64,000 bases of DNA, from contig PFCO01000001.1 of assembly GCA_002772995.1 (NCBI GenBank), positions 64,244 to 128,243 of the forward strand, read 5' to 3'. This stretch comes from Candidatus Niyogibacteria bacterium CG10_big_fil_rev_8_21_14_0_10_46_36. GTDB taxonomy: Bacteria; Patescibacteriota; Minisyncoccia; 1-14-0-10-42-19. The first letter of the stretch is position 1, and each line of letters opens with the position of its first letter. Below the pieces are notes generated by a model that saw only the letters and a list, made by a program, of their open reading frames with translations, had not been told where the DNA came from and ran no database searches. Below are positions 10,494 to 20,098 of this stretch, piece by piece. Made by a program: the position numbers and the translations under genes.

Positions 10494-11711
10494 CTAATCT
10501 ATGCTATTTAATTCAACCGGGAGCGCCAGCATATACAAGAATGCCGCCTCCACTCCTCCAATAAACGCAGAGGTCGGCCCGTCAAACGCCGTGCGGAAAA
10601 ATGAAGGCGTAAAGAGATGAATATCAAACGGCTTGTCTTGAAGGACATATTCTTTGAACGATTCGTCAGAGAATGCTTTCACAAATCCGTCATATACTGC
10701 GCCTTCGCCCAAAAATGCAACCGTCTTGGGAAGTAACGCGCGGGAAGACGCATCTTTCAGCACCTTTTCCAAAAGAGATTTCCACTCTCCGATACCTTCT
10801 TCGATAATTGATGCTATCTTTTTTTCTTTTGACGCTTCAACTTTTCCCTGCGCCCACGCATGGAAAAGCGATATGGCATCTTTTGGCGGAACGCCTAAGG
10901 CGCTTGCAAGCCTGCGGATAATAAAGTGAAGCCCTTTGCCGAATGAAAATGTCTCTTCAATGATGCCCTTCCGAATAACCGTTACATCGGTTATCTCCCC
11001 TCCTATCTCTACCGCGAGCACCCCCGCGTCGATATTAAATGCCACCTTGCCTTCTTCATCTTCCCATAATTGTTTGAGTGTCCGAAAAAATATAAACGGA
11101 CTTGTATAAAATGTTATGTCTTCGGGAGCAAAATGAGTCTCAAGCACATGCGTCAAGTGGTCAATAAAACTCTTGAGACTCAAGCTCATATACATATCAA
11201 GCGATACCTCGTGCGCCTTTTTATTCAAAAAATCATTTACTTCGTAGCCATTCATGAGAATCTTCATAAATGACATTTCGATAATCGCGTAATCCTCTGC
11301 TGGAAAAGAAAACTGTTTGCGCGCATCCTGTATAAACCGCTCTTTTTCCTCATTAATATTCTCTTTTAAAAACGATTTTTCGGCTACGAACGGCTCTTTG
11401 TTGCTTATGTTTACAATCCGGGTCTGTGAAAAGTACCACGGCGAAGACAAAAGCACATGCACATCATGGATGCGCTCGCCATGCAAGACATCAGCAAAGT
11501 CTTTTTTCACCTCACCAAACTCGTGTTTTACAAATTGCTCAAGCGCCTTAAAGTCAGGCTGCGGCATGACGGAATGCGGACGCAAAACGCTTTTAATAAT
11601 ACGCGGCTTTGCTCCATTCCTGACGCCATAGATAATTGCGTTGACACTCCCCGTGCCTATCGCAATACCAATATTAATCTTTTCGTTATGAGATCGTCTG
11701 AGTGCAGACAT
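10494..11711 (-). CDS. Degenerate FtsA/PilM-like actin-fold protein
   Basis: AIGTGSV, EIGGEITDV, FLGEGA align with the three actin-family nucleotide motifs. Confidence 0.65.
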   Translation of the reverse strand: MSALRRSHNEKINIGIAIGTGSVNAIIYGVRNGAKPRIIKSVLRPHSVMPQPDFKALEQFVKHEFGEVKKDFADVLHGERIHDVHVLLSSPWYFSQTRIVNISNKEPFVAEKSFLKENINEEKERFIQDARKQFSFPAEDYAIIEMSFMKILMNGYEVNDFLNKKAHEVSLDMYMSLSLKSFIDHLTHVLETHFAPEDITFYTSPFIFFRTLKQLWEDEEGKVAFNIDAGVLAVEIGGEITDVTVIRKGIIEETFSFGKGLHFIIRRLASALGVPPKDAISLFHAWAQGKVEASKEKKIASIIEEGIGEWKSLLEKVLKDASSRALLPKTVAFLGEGAVYDGFVKAFSDESFKEYVLQDKPFDIHLFTPSFFRTAFDGPTSAFIGGVEAAFLYMLALPVELNSID

Positions 11712-11732
11712 AATTCCATCTGAAACCCCTAA

Positions 11733-13445
11733 TTAGGGCTCTATGATGGCCCGGATGCGCCGGACACCTGCTGAAGAAGATTCTTCTTTGGTGATAGTTA
11801 TCTTCCCTATCTCTCCGGTGTGCCGTACATGCGGCCCTCCGCAGAGTTCGCGGGAAAACACTTCGCCGTCTTTTACAACACTATAGACGGAAACGCGCTC
11901 CGGATATTTTTCTTTAAAGAATGCGAGCGCCCCGTTCCGTATTGCATCCTCATATGCCATCTCTTCCATTATAACATCAAAATCGCCCTCAACCACTTTG
12001 TTTGCCATGTCTTCTATCTGCTGGAGCTCATCCTGAGTAACCTTGCGCGGGAAGGTAAAATCAAAACGCGTGCGTTCCGCGGTGATATCGGAACCTGCCT
12101 GCTGTACATCGCCCCCCAATACCTTGCGGAGAGATGCCTGGAGCAGATGCGTTGCGGTGTGCAGGCGGGTTACTTTTTTGACCTCTTCGTCGTTTGCCGC
12201 CTTTAATTCTCCGGTGTTCAAAATAAGTCCGTGCCCGCCGAATTTTTTCTCTTGGCCTTTGCGCGATGCTTCTTGATGGCGCTCAAATTCCTTATCAAAG
12301 TTTTCTCGTTTTAATGCTGAGGCATGCTCTCCCCCCTCTTCTTTTATAATTTCGTACGGAATCCCGTAGCTTTCGTACAACATAAATGCGGACTCCGCAG
12401 TAATCATGTCTTGCTTGTGTAATTCCCGCAATCCTCGGCGAAGCGTTTTTGAAAATTTTTGGTATTCTTCATCAAACACGCCCTCGATAACAGCATAGGT
12501 AAGATTTTTGTAAAACGAGCTATACTCCCGAACAATATGCTCAAATGCTTTTTTGATGTTAATCCCCTTTTCGCCATACACAATGATGCGACGCATGAGC
12601 CTGCGCAGCACATACCCGGAATCTTTATTGGAAGGACGCACGCTATCTGCAATCAAAAACGCAACTCCACGGACATGATCAGCAAAAATTCTTTTTCTAC
12701 GGATATCCATTGCTTCAGGGAGAAGCGCCATAACAGACCTAAATAAATCCGTATCAAAAATAGTCGGCACGCCCTGCGAAACCATTGCGAGCCGTTCAAG
12801 CCCCATGCCTGTATCCACGCCGGGTGTTTCGAGCTTGCGAAGTGTTTTATCGGGGTTGCAATAAAATTCGTTAAACACAATATTCCAGACTTCTATATCT
12901 TTCCCTCCGGCGCTTTTTACATATATTTCCGTTGTCGGCCCGCATGGCCCCTCGCTCCCGGTGGGACCCCAGAAGTTATCTTCGCGGCCTAATTTTTTTA
13001 TGTTTGTAACGCCGAGCGCTTTCCATATCTCTTCAGACTCGGTGTCGGCGGGCACTTCGCTATCGCCCTCAAACACGCTTACATATTCTATCGGCAAGCC
13101 GATTTCTCTCGTAATAAAATCATATCCATATTGGATTGCCTCCTTTTTAAAATACCCGCCAAACGAAAAATTTCCGAGCATTTCAAAAAATGTCAGATGC
13201 GACTCGTCTCCCACTTCGTCAATATCAGAAGTACGAAACGATTTTTGCACAGAAGCCGTATTCTTGCTCCCAAAATCGCGCACCGGATCCGCCCTACCAA
13301 TAAAGTAAGGTTTAAATTGCTGCATCCCCGCGGTCGTTAACAACACCGACGGGTCATCAGGAATAAGAGAAGACGACGGGACGACCGCATGGCCCCGTTC
13401 CTTAAAAAAATCAAGAAATTTTTCACGGAGTTCGTTTGAATTCAT
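11733..13445 (-). CDS. alaS: Alanine-tRNA ligase (compact, no C-Ala domain)
   Basis: TTAGMQQFK, HLTFFEMLGNFSFG, DTGMGLER, HTATHLL, ELCGGPHV, GVRRI. Confidence 0.97.
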   Translation of the reverse strand: MNSNELREKFLDFFKERGHAVVPSSSLIPDDPSVLLTTAGMQQFKPYFIGRADPVRDFGSKNTASVQKSFRTSDIDEVGDESHLTFFEMLGNFSFGGYFKKEAIQYGYDFITREIGLPIEYVSVFEGDSEVPADTESEEIWKALGVTNIKKLGREDNFWGPTGSEGPCGPTTEIYVKSAGGKDIEVWNIVFNEFYCNPDKTLRKLETPGVDTGMGLERLAMVSQGVPTIFDTDLFRSVMALLPEAMDIRRKRIFADHVRGVAFLIADSVRPSNKDSGYVLRRLMRRIIVYGEKGINIKKAFEHIVREYSSFYKNLTYAVIEGVFDEEYQKFSKTLRRGLRELHKQDMITAESAFMLYESYGIPYEIIKEEGGEHASALKRENFDKEFERHQEASRKGQEKKFGGHGLILNTGELKAANDEEVKKVTRLHTATHLLQASLRKVLGGDVQQAGSDITAERTRFDFTFPRKVTQDELQQIEDMANKVVEGDFDVIMEEMAYEDAIRNGALAFFKEKYPERVSVYSVVKDGEVFSRELCGGPHVRHTGEIGKITITKEESSSAGVRRIRAIIEP

Positions 13446-13488
13446 CTTTCCTTATTAAACCAGATTTTTATACTCCCGCAAATGAATA

Positions 13489-13517
13489 TTGACAAGAAGC
13501 AAAATATAATATATAAT
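13489..13517 (+). promoter_or_regulatory. Consensus sigma70 promoter for the 13560 ORF
   Basis: TTGACA-17-TATAAT. Confidence 0.85.
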
Positions 13518-13559
13518 TTTTTAAAATCCTGGTTGGATATTTAAAAAGGGGGAAATTCC

Positions 13560-13907
13560 ATGGACCTAAAAAAGATACACCCTGATGCAATAACATTTGG
13601 CGCTGTCGCATGCTGCGCGCTTGCGAATCTTCAATCTGATGCATCTGAAATACAAGAAGCATACAGAACCCGCGTCCCCCGCAAAGAATGGGTGGCTGGG
13701 TTCCTTAGTATATTTAGAGACACAACGCAGCTTATCTTTATCCCGACGGAGACACACAAAGACTTTTATATGGAAGTTATTGAAAAAGAATTTGAAGCGC
13801 TGAAGACCACAAAAGAAGACGCGCTCGTATGCGGACATACTCCTTCCGAGCACATAGAAGCGCTTTGCAAGGTGCTTCATGCATTCAATCGCGGAGAAAT
13901 CCATTAA
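13560..13907 (+). CDS. Orphan hypothetical protein (115 aa)
   Basis: Fills the alaS-secF gap; own promoter, AAGGGGG SD and terminator. Confidence 0.7.
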   Translation: MDLKKIHPDAITFGAVACCALANLQSDASEIQEAYRTRVPRKEWVAGFLSIFRDTTQLIFIPTETHKDFYMEVIEKEFEALKTTKEDALVCGHTPSEHIEALCKVLHAFNRGEIH

Positions 13908-13908
13908 C

Positions 13909-13936
13909 AAAAAGCGGCCCGACGGCCGCTTTTTTT
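13909..13936. terminator. Bidirectional intrinsic terminator
   Basis: AAAAAGCGGCC-CGAC-GGCCGCTTTTT between convergent genes. Confidence 0.85.
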
Positions 13937-13938
13937 AT

Positions 13939-14841
13939 TTATTTTCGAGAAGAGAATTGTTGCCAGGTTACGATAAGCGGGCTTGCAAGAAAGATAGATG
14001 AGTAGGTTCCCGCAACAACTCCCACCAAAAGAGTAAGGGAGAAGAATGTCGTTGATGATTCGCCGAAAAGAAAGAGGAGGAAGAGCACAACAAAGAGTGT
14101 AAAAGATGTTGCAATAGAGCGCCCCATAACTTCGCTTAAGCTCTTTCCTACGACTTCCTCAAAAGGAATAGTAGAACCGATGCGCGTAATATTCTCGCGG
14201 ATGCGGTCGAATACAATTATAGTGTCATGGACCGAAAACCCAAGAATGGTCAAAAGAGCAGTCACAAAGAGCGTTCCCACTTCAACATGATAAAACTGAC
14301 CTAAAAGCGAAAAGAGTCCCACCGGAATAATAACATCATGAGCAAGAGCAATCAGCGCCACTAGCCCATACTTCCATGACGCAACCGGACGCGACACCTT
14401 ACGAAAACTCCATGTGATAAAAATAAGTATCATCAAGAGCACCAGCAAAAGTGCCGTAAATGATTTTCGCCGCAATTCATTCCCGATAACCGGACCAATG
14501 GAATCAAAACGCAACTCCTCAAGCACCACTGCGGGCTCTGTGTCCCCGGCAAGTGCCTGAAGAATGATTTGGTGTTCGGTTTCTGTTATATCACGGGTGC
14601 GTATTAAAAGATTGCTCTCCTCCGAAGGTTGTAATACCGCCGAACCAAACTTCACATTATTCAGACGTTCTTGCAATATTGGGATTTCCGGACGCACATC
14701 AGTAAAGCGCACTTCTAAAAGCGACCCTCCCGTAAAATCAATACCAAACTGCAGTCCCCACACAGCAAGAAACACAATGCTCGCGCATACAAGCACCCCT
14801 GAAAATATATAAAATAGTTTTCTATGCGTTACGATGAACAT
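13939..14841 (-). CDS. secF: Protein translocase subunit SecF
   Basis: GIDFTGGS, IGPVIGNEL, HDVII, GFSVHDTIIVFDRIRE, GTYSSIF. Confidence 0.97.
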   Translation of the reverse strand: MFIVTHRKLFYIFSGVLVCASIVFLAVWGLQFGIDFTGGSLLEVRFTDVRPEIPILQERLNNVKFGSAVLQPSEESNLLIRTRDITETEHQIILQALAGDTEPAVVLEELRFDSIGPVIGNELRRKSFTALLLVLLMILIFITWSFRKVSRPVASWKYGLVALIALAHDVIIPVGLFSLLGQFYHVEVGTLFVTALLTILGFSVHDTIIVFDRIRENITRIGSTIPFEEVVGKSLSEVMGRSIATSFTLFVVLFLLFLFGESSTTFFSLTLLVGVVAGTYSSIFLASPLIVTWQQFSSRK

Positions 14842-14846
14842 ATTTT

Positions 14847-16208
14847 TTATTTAATGCCGCTTCCATACAGAAACGAACTTATCGCTTTGTTGCGGAATCC
14901 CACCGCAAGTAAAAATGTGCGAGTCACCAAAAATGCGGATGTTAAGCTCGCGAACACTCCAATACCAAGGGTTAACGCAAACCCCTTTATAATACTTGTC
15001 CCAAACCAGAACAAGATGGTTGAAGTAATAAGCGTAGAAATGTTTGCGTCTCTGATAGACGGCCACGCGCGCCAAAATCCTTCTTTTACACCAATGTCCA
15101 GCTGCTGTCCGCGGCGGACTTCCTCCTTGATGCGCTCAAAAATAAGAATATTTGCATCCACCGCCATACCGACCGAAAGAATAAATCCTGCGATGCCCGC
15201 GGTTGTAAGTGTAACGCCAAACAGCTTAAACAAAAAAAGCAGGACAATGGTATAGAATGCGATCGAAAAAATACCGATGAGCCCGGGGAGCCGGTACCAT
15301 AAGAGCAGGAACAACGCAACCGCAATGAGCGCATACGCGCCCGCATTCACTCCTTTTGCAAGAGCTGAAGCGCCAAGCGACGGCCCGACATTCTGCTGTG
15401 ATATCAATTCAATAGGAAGCGGGAGCGCCCCCGAATTTAAATTACGCACTAAATCACGCACTTCTTCCGCGGTAAAGTTTCCGGTAATCTGCGCTTGTCC
15501 CCCCGATATTTCCCCCTGCACAACCGGCGTACTTATAGGAACGCCGTCCAAATAAATGGCTATGGTTTTCCCGACATTATCGCGGGTAAGCTGCCGGAAA
15601 ATTTCCGCCCCGTCATCATTGAATTGGAGCCCCACACTCGGCCCCAAACTGCTCTGTCCGTCTCCAAACAATATAGTTGCTTCTTTTAAATATCTCCCGG
15701 TAAGGTCAGTATGCAAATAAAAAAGATCGTCAGGAATTGCCGTACCTGCAGGTATCGGCTCACCTTCTTGAATGCCTAAGTCCGCAAGCATCTGTTTTGC
15801 TTCTTCTTCAGGGCGTTCGGTACGAAATTCCAAAAACGGGGTTTGGCCGATTATCTGGATTGCCTGTCCTATGTCAAAGACGCCCGCAAGCTCTACGATA
15901 AGACGCTGCTCGTCGCCTGACTGCTGAACCTGCACCAACGGTTCGGTAACGCCAAAAAAGTTTACACGCCGTTCAACAACATCTCGGAGACCTGCCATCG
16001 CTTCGTCTATGTTGCGCCCGCCCAAAACGGATGTATCAGCGCGATACACTAAATGCGTTCCTCCCTGCAAATCAAGACCGAGCTTGAATGGGACAACGTC
16101 TTGAAATGCTCCACCGATAAATGGAGAAATATTGATATAGCCCAAACATACCCCTAACAAGAGGAGGATAACGGCTCCTATGCGTATTGCTAATTGAGAT
16201 TTCATCAT
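14847..16208 (-). CDS. secD: Protein translocase subunit SecD
   Basis: LGLDLQGG, SGALP, VGPSLG, GMAVDANILIFERIKEE. Confidence 0.97.
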   Translation of the reverse strand: MMKSQLAIRIGAVILLLLGVCLGYINISPFIGGAFQDVVPFKLGLDLQGGTHLVYRADTSVLGGRNIDEAMAGLRDVVERRVNFFGVTEPLVQVQQSGDEQRLIVELAGVFDIGQAIQIIGQTPFLEFRTERPEEEAKQMLADLGIQEGEPIPAGTAIPDDLFYLHTDLTGRYLKEATILFGDGQSSLGPSVGLQFNDDGAEIFRQLTRDNVGKTIAIYLDGVPISTPVVQGEISGGQAQITGNFTAEEVRDLVRNLNSGALPLPIELISQQNVGPSLGASALAKGVNAGAYALIAVALFLLLWYRLPGLIGIFSIAFYTIVLLFLFKLFGVTLTTAGIAGFILSVGMAVDANILIFERIKEEVRRGQQLDIGVKEGFWRAWPSIRDANISTLITSTILFWFGTSIIKGFALTLGIGVFASLTSAFLVTRTFLLAVGFRNKAISSFLYGSGIK

Positions 16209-16212
16209 ACGA

Positions 16213-17658
16213 TCAATGCTCTTCTTCCAGAATAATCTCCGAGGGAGATGCCTTAAAATGTTTTTTTAATATAGCGATTATAGCATCTTTCCCCTGTTCG
16301 TATTCCTCAGGCGGGATGAAGATATCTCCCATACTAATATCTTGGTGATAATGTTTCAAGATGAACGAAGAATCCTCCATACTAAGAGCAGTTCGGATGC
16401 CAAATTGCTTACGGATAATCATAAGGGGGGTCATGGAAAGCGCGGAAAAAAGAGAACGTGTTTTTTCGTGTTCTTTTTTGGACGAAATGCCTTCTTCATA
16501 GTCTAAAAACTTGCTCTGAGAAAATACCAGGAACGGGTGCACCGATATTTTCTGGAAATCCCGCCGCATGTTCTTAAACAATGTTTCAGCTCCTGAATTT
16601 TTCCCCCATATGCGCACCACGCGCTTGGCGGGTTTACGCGCAATCAGCCTGCCTGACCACGAAAATGGATGTGTTTCCGCATACTGATACAACAATTCAA
16701 AAAAAGTCGTATCTTGGAGCATAACATATTCTTCAAGATCGCTCGGGATAGGATAGTCTATTTCGCGGGTAGAAAATGCTTCTTTCAGATAATATTCAAA
16801 GCAACGCACTGTCTTGTGAAAATACACCTGCGTGAACATGTTGTAGCGCGCGAGCAAATAATATTCAAACGAGTGAACGCCCGCTTCAAAAATAGATGTT
16901 ATATATTCCCCCTTTCGCTCTATGACGCCGAACGAATTGATAAGCCAATATGCGTCGTAGTTGCCGTACGGAACGCCGGTAAAATATGAATCGCGTAACA
17001 GATAATCCATCCGGTCGATGTCGATATCGCCGGATATCCACGAACGGATAAGCGCATGAAGTGCTTTTGTGTTGATGTCTGAAGAAAATTGCTTGTGCCA
17101 TGAATCAGGAATACGGATGTGTTTATGGATGAGAGACGCTATAATCTCCGCTTCGGTTTCTGACAAAACCGCCTTATATTTCCGTCCGCGGAAAAGCACA
17201 TCTTTTGCAAGCGCGTATATGATAAGGACGCTGTAATCTTCGTGTTTCGCGCGCCGAGCCTGCTTTTCTTTAAAACGGGATTGTGGGATAGCAAGGTCTT
17301 TCAAATCGGGCATATGATACTCTGTTGCGTGAGAGAACGGCGCATGTCCGATATCATGCAAGAGTCCCGAAAGCTTCATCATAAGCATTAGGAATTCTTT
17401 TTCTTTTTTCTTGAGAACCCGCGCAAGCACAGAATATTCTTTGTTGTAAAAAAATTGCCGGCCGATGAGAGACGCCATATGCATCGCACCCAATGAATGC
17501 GAAAAACGGTCGTGTACCGCGCCAGGAAATACAAAATGCACAAGCGCTAACTGCTTAATGTGGCGCAAACGCTGAAAGTACGGATGGTCAATGACTGTTT
17601 TTTCCCGCTCGCCATACGGAATAATCCGGTGGATAGTATCATTAATCTTGTAGCGCAT
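16213..17658 (-). CDS. HD-domain phosphohydrolase, SAMHD1/YwfO-like (putative dNTPase)
   Basis: FQRLRHIKQL, HDRFSHSLG, LLHDIGHAPFSH, DIDRMDYLLRD, QVYFHKT. Confidence 0.9.
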   Translation of the reverse strand: MRYKINDTIHRIIPYGEREKTVIDHPYFQRLRHIKQLALVHFVFPGAVHDRFSHSLGAMHMASLIGRQFFYNKEYSVLARVLKKKEKEFLMLMMKLSGLLHDIGHAPFSHATEYHMPDLKDLAIPQSRFKEKQARRAKHEDYSVLIIYALAKDVLFRGRKYKAVLSETEAEIIASLIHKHIRIPDSWHKQFSSDINTKALHALIRSWISGDIDIDRMDYLLRDSYFTGVPYGNYDAYWLINSFGVIERKGEYITSIFEAGVHSFEYYLLARYNMFTQVYFHKTVRCFEYYLKEAFSTREIDYPIPSDLEEYVMLQDTTFFELLYQYAETHPFSWSGRLIARKPAKRVVRIWGKNSGAETLFKNMRRDFQKISVHPFLVFSQSKFLDYEEGISSKKEHEKTRSLFSALSMTPLMIIRKQFGIRTALSMEDSSFILKHYHQDISMGDIFIPPEEYEQGKDAIIAILKKHFKASPSEIILEEEH

Positions 17659-17676
17659 AATTCCAGCATACCATAG

Positions 17677-17706
17677 AAAAAGCCCCGCTCTTACTGACGG
17701 GGCTTA
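17677..17706 (-). terminator. Terminator after folA-purS
   Basis: AAGCCCCG stem with a minus-strand T tract. Confidence 0.7.
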
Positions 17707-17710
17707 CGGG

Positions 17711-18484
17711 TTACATAACCTGTATTGCATAATATTCGATAATAGAATTTGCAAGAAGTTTTTGGCACATTGACTCAACGCTCTTGCGGATGCTTGCCGA
17801 GCTTGTCCCGCGCATTTCAAGCTGTATGCGCTTTCCAATCCGTACGCGATTCACATGAGTAAACCCGAGCGTGTGAAGTCCCTTCATAATAGCAGCCCCT
17901 TCCGGATCAAGAATAGAATCCTTCGGCATGATTTCAACGACGACATGGAATGCCCGCTCGAGGACACTCCGTTCTTTTTCGGTCAACTTTGCGTAGGTGA
18001 CATACGCGTGGCGATGCATGTTCTCTTCATCAGGCAATGCTTCAATGCGGGATATTTCTTTCCACCATGAGGAATCAATATCCGGGAAGAACGCGTCTCC
18101 CTCGCACTCATAATCAATTTCGGTGATATAAAGCCGTTCGGTATATCTCAATCCCTCCTTATACACCACTGAACCGCCAATAATAAATATCTCTTCTGCG
18201 TGAGGAGATATTTGGGCATAAAAAAGCCCCTCACCTAATGAATGCGCGACAAGACACCCCGGAGCCGCGTATACATCACGCTTTGTGATAACAATATTAG
18301 TCCTTTGCGGAAGGGGCTTTTTTCCAATTGACTCAAATGTCTTTCGTCCCATGATAACCGGATGCCCTTTTGTCATACTCGCAAAGTACGCCATATCCTT
18401 CGGTAAATGCCAGGGCAACTTTCCCCTATGTCCGATAACATTGTTTTTTGCCATAGCCGCAATCATTGATACCGCCATAATCAT
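17711..18484 (-). CDS. folA: Dihydrofolate reductase fused to a C-terminal PurS-like domain
   Basis: VIG..LPWHLPKD, IMGRKTFESI, PLPQRTN, IIGG, GDAFFP; then ILDPEG...RVRIGK...LLANSIIE (PurS). Confidence 0.9.
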   Translation of the reverse strand: MIMAVSMIAAMAKNNVIGHRGKLPWHLPKDMAYFASMTKGHPVIMGRKTFESIGKKPLPQRTNIVITKRDVYAAPGCLVAHSLGEGLFYAQISPHAEEIFIIGGSVVYKEGLRYTERLYITEIDYECEGDAFFPDIDSSWWKEISRIEALPDEENMHRHAYVTYAKLTEKERSVLERAFHVVVEIMPKDSILDPEGAAIMKGLHTLGFTHVNRVRIGKRIQLEMRGTSSASIRKSVESMCQKLLANSIIEYYAIQVM

Positions 18485-18490
18485 CTCTCC

Positions 18491-19372
18491 TTACACCGCG
18501 ATGGGCGCTTTTATCGCCGGATACGGTTCATAGTTGAGTAATGCAATATCGCTGTACGAAAAATCAAATATCGAATCAATAGATGCATTAAGCTTAACAA
18601 CCGGTAACGGCTTGGGAGCGCGTTCAAGCTGTTCGTTCACTTGTTCTATGTGATTTCTGTAAATATGAACATCGCCGAATGTGTGCACGAATTCATGCGG
18701 CTTGAGCCCGGTTACACGCGCAATCATGCATGTAAGCAGGGCGTAGGAAGCGATATTGAAAGGAACGCCCAAAAATACATCAGCACTTCGCTGGTACATG
18801 TGGCACGAAAGGTTGCCGTCTGCGACATAGAACTGGAAAAAACAATGACATGGTGGAAGCGCCATCTTGCTGATATATGAAACATTCCAAGCGCTTACGA
18901 TAAGACGCCTGCTATCAGGGTTCTTTTGTATCTGGGACACGACATCCGCTATCTGGTCTATCGGCTTTCCGTCCAGTCCTGGCCATGCGCGCCATTGTTT
19001 TCCGTACACGGGCCCAAGATCCCCCCACCGGAGCGCAAAGAGATTGTCCGTCCGTATTTTTTCTGCAAATTCTTGAGCGGACTCGCCTGCATATTCCTCG
19101 CTTTTCTTATACGCCGCAAACGGCCAATCGTCCCAAATGTGTACTTTTTTTTCAACAAGAGATTGGATGTTTGTTTCTCCGCGCAAAAGCCACAGCAGCT
19201 CCTCAACAACCAAACGAAACGGCATTCTTTTTGTTGTAAGCAGCGGGAATCCTTTTTTGAGATCAAAACGGAGCTGGCGGCCAAACACGCTTTTTGTACC
19301 CACGCCCGTTCTGTCTTCTTTTTCATTTCCGTTGTCTCTGATGTCACGCAATAAGTCTAGATACGCCTGCAT
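18491..19372 (-). CDS. thyA: Thymidylate synthase
   Basis: [46 protein letters not shown]; start at ATG 19372 after GGGAG. Confidence 0.98.
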   Translation of the reverse strand: MQAYLDLLRDIRDNGNEKEDRTGVGTKSVFGRQLRFDLKKGFPLLTTKRMPFRLVVEELLWLLRGETNIQSLVEKKVHIWDDWPFAAYKKSEEYAGESAQEFAEKIRTDNLFALRWGDLGPVYGKQWRAWPGLDGKPIDQIADVVSQIQKNPDSRRLIVSAWNVSYISKMALPPCHCFFQFYVADGNLSCHMYQRSADVFLGVPFNIASYALLTCMIARVTGLKPHEFVHTFGDVHIYRNHIEQVNEQLERAPKPLPVVKLNASIDSIFDFSYSDIALLNYEPYPAIKAPIAV

Positions 19373-19413
19373 GCATATTCTCCCTGTAAAAGAATTTTCT
19401 TTATTTTGCCACC

Positions 19414-19443
19414 AAAAAAACCGCACGGCAAGCCGTGCGGATT
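19414..19443 (-). terminator. Terminator between tmk and thyA
   Basis: CCGCACGGC-AA-GCCGTGCGG with a minus-strand T tract. Confidence 0.75.
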
Positions 19444-19450
19444 GGTATAT

Positions 19451-20095
19451 TTAAATCTGTATACCAAATCTTCTTAAGAAAAATGCATCAATACATTTTT
19501 TTGTTTTCTTCCAAACATCTTCCACGGAGCGTGAGGCGTCGATGATGTTCCATCTGTTTATGTCTTCTTCCGCCTGCTCTAAGAAGCTTTTGCGGACGCG
19601 CCGTTGGTAATCCATATCCTTTTTTTCAAACGATGTTTCGGCCCTTGCTCGTGTGAATGCCTTTTCCGGGTCTACATCATACAGCAGTATCATGTCAGGC
19701 CACGTGCCGCTTCGGGCTTTGCCGCTTTGTTCTCTGATACGATTGACGGGCATGCCTCCACCTGCACCCTGATATGCGATACTTGAGGGTTCGAATCTGT
19801 CGCAAAGCACTATTTTCTTTTCTTTGAGCGCAGGAAGGATCTTTTGTTCTACATGTATCCGCCTGTCTTCGCAAAAAAGCGCCAATTGCTCCTCTGCGGT
19901 CAATGATTCGTCAGAGAGCACCTTTTCACGGATTGCAATATCACCGCCCCCCGGCTCTTTCGTCCGCAGTACAGGATATCCTTTGCTTTCCAAATACCGC
20001 TCTGCCATTTCTAGCTGAGTGGTTTTTCCTACCTTGTCGCCTCCTTCAAATAAAATAAAAATGCCCCTCGGCAATGCTTTCATATACATATACAC
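19451..20095 (-). CDS. tmk: Thymidylate kinase
   Basis: FEGGDKVGKTTQ, KEPGG, LCDRF..SSIAYQG. Confidence 0.95.
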   Translation of the reverse strand: MYMYMKALPRGIFILFEGGDKVGKTTQLEMAERYLESKGYPVLRTKEPGGGDIAIREKVLSDESLTAEEQLALFCEDRRIHVEQKILPALKEKKIVLCDRFEPSSIAYQGAGGGMPVNRIREQSGKARSGTWPDMILLYDVDPEKAFTRARAETSFEKKDMDYQRRVRKSFLEQAEEDINRWNIIDASRSVEDVWKKTKKCIDAFFLRRFGIQI

Positions 20096-20098
20096 TCC

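Noticed and set aside
13566-13910. 114-aa minus-strand ORF mirroring the orphan gene
   Set aside because: Promoter, SD and terminator all support the plus strand
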